DNA of 64,000 nucleotides from Chthoniobacterales bacterium (GTDB lineage: Bacteria > Verrucomicrobiota > Verrucomicrobiia > Chthoniobacterales > UBA6821). Shown piece after piece: positions 57,365 to 64,000 of this stretch (positions are counted from its first letter, which is position 1; each line of letters starts with the position of its first letter). Under the pieces are notes generated by a model. It searched no databases. It was not told the DNA's origin and saw nothing but the letters and a program-made list of their open reading frames with translations. The stretch covers positions 7,709 to 71,708 of the forward strand of contig JBIIGI010000003.1 of the NCBI GenBank assembly GCA_044236545.1. The letters are read 5' to 3'. A program made the position numbers and the translations under genes.

Positions 57365-57657
57365 CGATGGCGACGCCGGATCTTCTGGAATCGCCCGAGA
57401 CGGAGTTGTCCGAACGGTTCGACCGTCCTTGGCTAGTGATCGTCCACAATGACCCGGTGAATCTCATGAGCTATGTGACGATGGTCTTCCGGAGGGTCTT
57501 TGGCTGGAATCGGGAGCGGGCCGAGCAGCATATGATGGAAGTCCATCACAAGGGACGTTCGATTGTCTGGAGCGGGGAGAGGGAGAAGGCGGAGCTCTAT
57601 GTTCAGCAACTCCACGGCTTCCTCCTGCTGGCAACGTTGGAACAGGCAACAGGTTAA
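57361..57657 (+). CDS. clpS: ATP-dependent Clp protease adaptor ClpS
   Basis: WLVIVHNDPVNLMSYVTMVFRRVFG...AEQHMMEVHHKGRSIV is the canonical ClpS core. Confidence 0.9.
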   Translation: MTMATPDLLESPETELSERFDRPWLVIVHNDPVNLMSYVTMVFRRVFGWNRERAEQHMMEVHHKGRSIVWSGEREKAELYVQQLHGFLLLATLEQATG

Positions 57658-57661
57658 CCCC

Positions 57662-58159
57662 GTGATCTTCGAGATTTCCCCATCGGGTCAACCCCGCTTT
57701 AGCAGGATCCACCCCCTTCTTGCGGAGTTGCTTCGAGCCGCGACGCTCGATCCCTGGGAGCATTTTCCCGAGGGGTGCGCCCGTCTCCTCCCTCCTCCGG
57801 GCACGGATGAGGAACTCTGTGCCGACTGGCAGGACCATGTGCAGCCGGAGTTGCGACTCCATTTTGATTCTGAGCGTGCCGTGGTCGGAGCCGATCTAGC
57901 ACTCATGAAGGAGGGGAGAGGAAAAAATGCCTTCTCCTCGCTCGAGATTCCACGGGACAACGCCGATGCCTGGCTCACCACGCTCAATGCACTGCGCCTC
58001 GCACTCGTGGGTGATCATGGTCTTACCGAGGAGGATCTTTCCCGCAACGCGGAGCCTGATCTTTCCTCCCCGCGCGGACTCGCACTCATGCAGGTGAACC
58101 TTTACGCTTTCATGCAGGAGTGTCTCATAAGAGCCGTTGGTTTTCCCGACGGGGAGTGA
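57662..58159 (+). CDS. Hypothetical protein (DUF2017-like, ClpS-associated)
   Basis: GTG 57662 lies just after the clpS stop. The track start 57563 would overlap clpS. The function call rests only on position after clpS and weak resemblance. Confidence 0.5.
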   Translation: MIFEISPSGQPRFSRIHPLLAELLRAATLDPWEHFPEGCARLLPPPGTDEELCADWQDHVQPELRLHFDSERAVVGADLALMKEGRGKNAFSSLEIPRDNADAWLTTLNALRLALVGDHGLTEEDLSRNAEPDLSSPRGLALMQVNLYAFMQECLIRAVGFPDGE

Positions 58160-58179
58160 GCGTAGGAGATTCCCCGCCG

Positions 58180-58707
58180 ATGGATCAGTCCCATGCCATC
58201 CTGCTGAGGAGATATCGTTTCTCGGAGAACAGCCTGGTCGTGGTCTGGCTGACCGAGCGCCATGGCAAGGTGAAGACCGCGGTCCGGGGAGCCACGAAGC
58301 CCGGCAGTCCCTTTGCCGGAAGGCTCGAGCTCTTCACCGAGGCGGAGATCGCCTTCAAGGCGCCCAAGTCGGGCGATCTGCACACCCTCAGCGAGGTGGT
58401 CATGGCGCCCGATGCTGCTCTCCCCGCGACCTATCCCACGATCCTGACCGCTTCCTATTTTGCGGAACTCTGCGATCTGCTCACCGAGCCTATGCATCCC
58501 GTCCCGGAGATATACCGCCTGCTTGCGCGTGCCTGGGGTTATCTGCGTTCGGAAAAGCCGGACAAGCGCGCAACCGAACACTTCGAGGCTGAACTTGCCA
58601 AAGCCCTCGGCATCCACGATCCGGCGATCCCAGCCCACCGCTCCCTGGCATCCGTCGCGCACAGACTCCCTGCCAACCGCGGCCGTCTGCTCGAGGAACT
58701 GGCGTGA
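58180..58707 (+). CDS. recO: DNA repair protein RecO (short form)
   Basis: MDQSHAILLRRYRFSENSLVVVWLTERHGKV is the OB-fold N-terminus typical of RecO. AGGAG lies 11 nt upstream of ATG 58180. Confidence 0.75.
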   Translation: MDQSHAILLRRYRFSENSLVVVWLTERHGKVKTAVRGATKPGSPFAGRLELFTEAEIAFKAPKSGDLHTLSEVVMAPDAALPATYPTILTASYFAELCDLLTEPMHPVPEIYRLLARAWGYLRSEKPDKRATEHFEAELAKALGIHDPAIPAHRSLASVAHRLPANRGRLLEELA

Positions 58708-58808
58708 TGGGCGAGCGAGGGTATCGAGGGGGAAAGAAACCCGTGGAAGGGGTCTCTGTCTCCCCGGCAGCGGTTTTCCCGCAACGCAACCGGCGCTGAA
58801 GGAATTTC

Positions 58809-60872
<2,064 letters not shown>

Positions 60873-60916
60873 TGATGGTTGCACTAGACTAAACCAGATA
60901 ACACACCCTGCCGCCA

Positions 60917-61750
60917 ATGCAAACTGCGCCGCCCATCCATTCCTCGGAATCCCCCCGCGATGAGGTTGCCGGGGCGGCCTCAGGGAGGGGGGGCGAAGCC
61001 CGGCGTTCCCTTGTCGTCTCGATCCATGATGCCTCCACGGTGACCCGCGCCGCCGTCGGGCGAATGCTGGAGGATCTCGACAAGGCGGGGGTCCCGGTCA
61101 CTTCCCTCCTGATTATCCCGGATCACCACCACAGGGGGAATATCGATGCCGACGCCGGCTTCGCCGCATGGATGCGGGGGCTCGTCGAGCGGGGGCACGA
61201 AGCCGTTCTCCACGGGTTTTACCACCTGAGGCCCGCAAAGCGGGGCGAGGGGGTGGCGACCCGGATCATCACCCGGTCTTACACGGCTGGCGAGGGGGAG
61301 TTCTTCGACCTCACCTTCGGGGAGGCTTGTGGACTCCTGCACAGGGGACGCGGGGCACTGGCTGCGTGCGGAGTCGTTCCGGAGGGGTTCATCGCCCCGG
61401 CCTGGCTGCTGGGAGGGGATGCCGAATCCGCGGTGCGAGCCGAGGGGTTCGGCTATACCACGAGGATCGGCTCTGTGATCGACTGCCGTCACGGGCGGGA
61501 TTTCCGCGCGCGCAGCATGGTCTACAGCGTCAGGGCTCCATGGAGAAGGGGCGTCAGTCTGCTCTGGAACGAGGCACTCTTCCGCTCCCTGCGCCGGGCC
61601 CCCCTGCTTCGGATCGGACTGCACCCGCCCGATTGGGAGCATGAGTCGATCCGGAACCATGCCCTGAAATGCATCCGCATCTCCGCCGGCGAGCGCCAAG
61701 TGACGACCTACGCGAAGTGGGTGGGGGAGTGGCGGAAGGATCGGGGATGA
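60917..61750 (+). CDS. DUF2334-like predicted polysaccharide deacetylase family protein
   Basis: LVVSIHDAS...[13 protein letters not shown]...[10 protein letters not shown] pattern. Confidence 0.6.
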   Translation: MQTAPPIHSSESPRDEVAGAASGRGGEARRSLVVSIHDASTVTRAAVGRMLEDLDKAGVPVTSLLIIPDHHHRGNIDADAGFAAWMRGLVERGHEAVLHGFYHLRPAKRGEGVATRIITRSYTAGEGEFFDLTFGEACGLLHRGRGALAACGVVPEGFIAPAWLLGGDAESAVRAEGFGYTTRIGSVIDCRHGRDFRARSMVYSVRAPWRRGVSLLWNEALFRSLRRAPLLRIGLHPPDWEHESIRNHALKCIRISAGERQVTTYAKWVGEWRKDRG

Positions 61751-61863
61751 AGCAGTGGCAGTGAATTCTTGGATCGCTGCACCCCCCGGTATTTTTCCCA
61801 TCGTTGCTTTTGCCTTTCCTGCGGGCTCGCGGGAGGGCATGAACGGATGAGACGGTAATTCCC

Positions 61864-64000
61864 ATGGCCCGAGCCGACCTTCATCTTCACACCCGCCACA
61901 GCCGCCGCTCACCCGAGTGGCTTCTCCGTCGTCTCGATGTGCCGGCCAGCGTTTCCGTTCCGAGGCAACTGCACGCCAGGCTCCGCGAGGTCGGGATGGA
62001 TTTCATCACCTTCACGGATGATGACTCGATCGGCGGATGCCTGGAGATAGCCGATCTCCCCGGCGTCTTCCTGAGCGAGTCGGTCACGGCCCTCTTCCCC
62101 GAGGATGGGTGCCGGGTCTCCCTGCTGGTCTGGGGGATCACGGAAGGCCAGCACCGTGAGATCCAGAAGCTCCGCGCCAACATCTACGAACTCCAGCAGT
62201 ATCTTCAGGAGCATGGCATCGCCCATGGCGTCGGCTCGCCGCTTCGCGGACTTGAGGACAAACTCCGCCCGGTCCACATCATGCGGCTTGCGCTGCTCTT
62301 CCGGCATTTCGAGGGGGTGAACGGCAGGGAGGACCGCCTCCTCTCCATCGTGACGCGCCATCTCCTCGATCTCCAACCCGCCGACATCGAGCGCTTCAGC
62401 TCCGCGACCGGACTCCAGCCGACCCACGCGGAGCCGTGGCGCAAGGTCTGGTTCGGAGGATCCGACGACCACGGAGGAACCCTCCCTGGCAATGCCTTCA
62501 CCGAGACGCCCCAGGCCCGGGATGTCGGGGAATTCCTGAGGCATCTTCGCGACGGGCGATGCGAGCCCCATGGAGAGTCCGGCACTCCGCTCCAGGCCGC
62601 TCTCGACACCTATCAGGTGGCCTTTTCCCATGCGAAGGAGCGGCTCGCCGGTCACGCCGCCTCCCCGACCATCCGGCTTTTGGAAAAGGCCTTCGGCCGC
62701 TTCATGGAGGGGCGCGACCCGACGGTCTTCACCGCCGGAGAGAAGTTCGCCTTTCTGGCCCAGGGAATCGCCAGCGGGAAAATTTTCGAACTGGCAAACC
62801 CCGGCCCCCGCTCGCTCTGGAAGGAACTTTCAGGCGCCCTGCACGAACCGGCCATGCGCGCGGAGCTCAATCAGGAACTCGAGGGAGTGGAGGAACCGAG
62901 TCGTCGCGCCTTCCTGATGGCCAACATGATGGCCAGTCGGCTCGCTTACCGGCTCACGATGCAGTTTTTGCAGCAGCTGATGGAGGGTCGTTTCCTGGAG
63001 AGCATCCAGATGGTCGGTCCGGTGGTGCCGCTGGTGGCGCTCTTGAGTCCTTATCTCTACGCTTTCCGGACGCCTCCGCGTGAGCGCCTCCGCGAGGCCT
63101 CCATGTTGCTGCGGGGTGACCTGCCTGGGGAGTTGCGCAACACGCGCCGCGCCTGGTTCACCGACACGCTTGACGATGTGAACGGTGTCTCGACCACGAT
63201 CCAGCGCATGAGCGGCGCGCTTGCCGCAAACGGAAAGGCCGTGGAGGTCATGGTGTCGCGCAAGGAGGTCTCCGTACCGGGGATTCCGCTCAAGAACTTC
63301 CCGCCTATCGGGGAGTTTGAGTTGCCCGAGTACGAGTTGCAGAAGCTGAGTTTTCCGCCGCTCCTGCAGATCATCGATTATCTCCAGGCGGGGAACTTCA
63401 CCGAGGTCATCATCAGCACACCCGGCCCGGTGGGCCTTGCCGCGCTTGCGGCCGCCAAGGTGCTTGGCCTCCCCTCCACCGGCATCTACCACACGGATTT
63501 CCCGGAGTACGTCCGCATCCTCACCGAGGACGGACTGATGGAATCGTTGACCTGGAACTACATGCACTGGTTCTACGCCCAACTCGACACCGTCTACGTC
63601 AACTCCGAGCACTACCGCGGGTGCTGGATCGACCGCGGCATCGCCCCCGGAAAGCTGCGTATCCTCCCGCGAGGCCTCGATACCGGCCTCTTTCATCCCG
63701 GGAAAAGGAAGGACGACTTCTGGAAAAGGCGAGGCCTTCGCGACGGCGAGCTGGGTGTCCTCTATGTCGGCCGCGTTTCCCGGGAAAAGAACCTCGACCT
63801 CTTCGCCGCGGCGATGCGACGCCTGCTCGCGGCCGGTGTCCCCGTCCGCCCCCTCGTCGTCGGTGACGGTCCGTATGCCGGCATGATGAAGGAACTGCTT
63901 CCCGAGGGGATCTACACCGGCAGTCTGCATGCCGAGGAGCTCGCCGCCGCCTATGCCTCGGCCGACTTCTTTGTCTTCCCCAGCACCACCGACACCTTTG
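61864..64000 (+). CDS. PHP-domain / family 4 glycosyltransferase fusion protein (3' end outside the window)
   Basis: Not in the ORF track because the frame never closes. MARADLHLHTRHSRRSPEW (PHP His motif). Later FTDTLDDVNGVSTTIQRM and a terminal ASADFFVFPSTTDTF (GT4 pattern). Confidence 0.75.
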   Translation, partial: MARADLHLHTRHSRRSPEWLLRRLDVPASVSVPRQLHARLREVGMDFITFTDDDSIGGCLEIADLPGVFLSESVTALFPEDGCRVSLLVWGITEGQHREIQKLRANIYELQQYLQEHGIAHGVGSPLRGLEDKLRPVHIMRLALLFRHFEGVNGREDRLLSIVTRHLLDLQPADIERFSSATGLQPTHAEPWRKVWFGGSDDHGGTLPGNAFTETPQARDVGEFLRHLRDGRCEPHGESGTPLQAALDTYQVAFSHAKERLAGHAASPTIRLLEKAFGRFMEGRDPTVFTAGEKFAFLAQGIASGKIFELANPGPRSLWKELSGALHEPAMRAELNQELEGVEEPSRRAFLMANMMASRLAYRLTMQFLQQLMEGRFLESIQMVGPVVPLVALLSPYLYAFRTPPRERLREASMLLRGDLPGELRNTRRAWFTDTLDDVNGVSTTIQRMSGALAANGKAVEVMVSRKEVSVPGIPLKNFPPIGEFELPEYELQKLSFPPLLQIIDYLQAGNFTEVIISTPGPVGLAALAAAKVLGLPSTGIYHTDFPEYVRILTEDGLMESLTWNYMHWFYAQLDTVYVNSEHYRGCWIDRGIAPGKLRILPRGLDTGLFHPGKRKDDFWKRRGLRDGELGVLYVGRVSREKNLDLFAAAMRRLLAAGVPVRPLVVGDGPYAGMMKELLPEGIYTGSLHAEELAAAYASADFFVFPSTTDTF

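Overview
GC-rich bacterial chromosomal segment. The PEP-CTERM protein and the prepilin-type N-methylation protein suggest a Verrucomicrobiota-like organism, but that is inference only. Most of the window is housekeeping: rpoD 3' end, recD2, ribD, uvrA, ileS-lspA, dnaN-dnaA, argA, purM-purF, metH, ybeY-clpS-recO and ftsH. Many long ORFs in the track are antisense shadows of these genes. Two visibly AT-rich accessory regions stand out. (1) An ~8.7 kb integrative island (36673-45387) is bounded by a perfect 21-bp direct repeat of the 5' end of tRNA-Gln(CTG). It carries a tyrosine integrase with an excisionase-like HTH, a serine recombinase, an XRE regulator, an Mrr-type endonuclease, a putative EVE-HNH nuclease and two operons with no clear family. 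One operon is a translationally coupled pair with HUH/YxxK-like motifs. The other encodes a coiled-coil protein, a strongly acidic protein and a degenerate ClpP-like protein. These two operons are my best candidates for an undescribed system, but their function is unknown from sequence alone. (2) The metH-ybeY gap (about 53.46-56.31 kb) holds an NPNTP-repeat (LRV/HEAT-like) gene broken by a 1-nt frameshift, small orphan ORFs and an MNT-HepT toxin-antitoxin cassette. The cassette is bracketed by a perfect 24-bp direct repeat, a 22-bp inverted repeat and a diverged duplicate of the ybeY 5' end. The core DNA also carries several repeat families: a 12-mer GGAACTCAGGAA at six intergenic sites, short tandem heptamer/octamer arrays (one apparently in frame inside ribD), and a ~100-bp hairpin element directly after two stop codons. 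No CRISPR array, rRNA gene or convincing riboswitch was seen.
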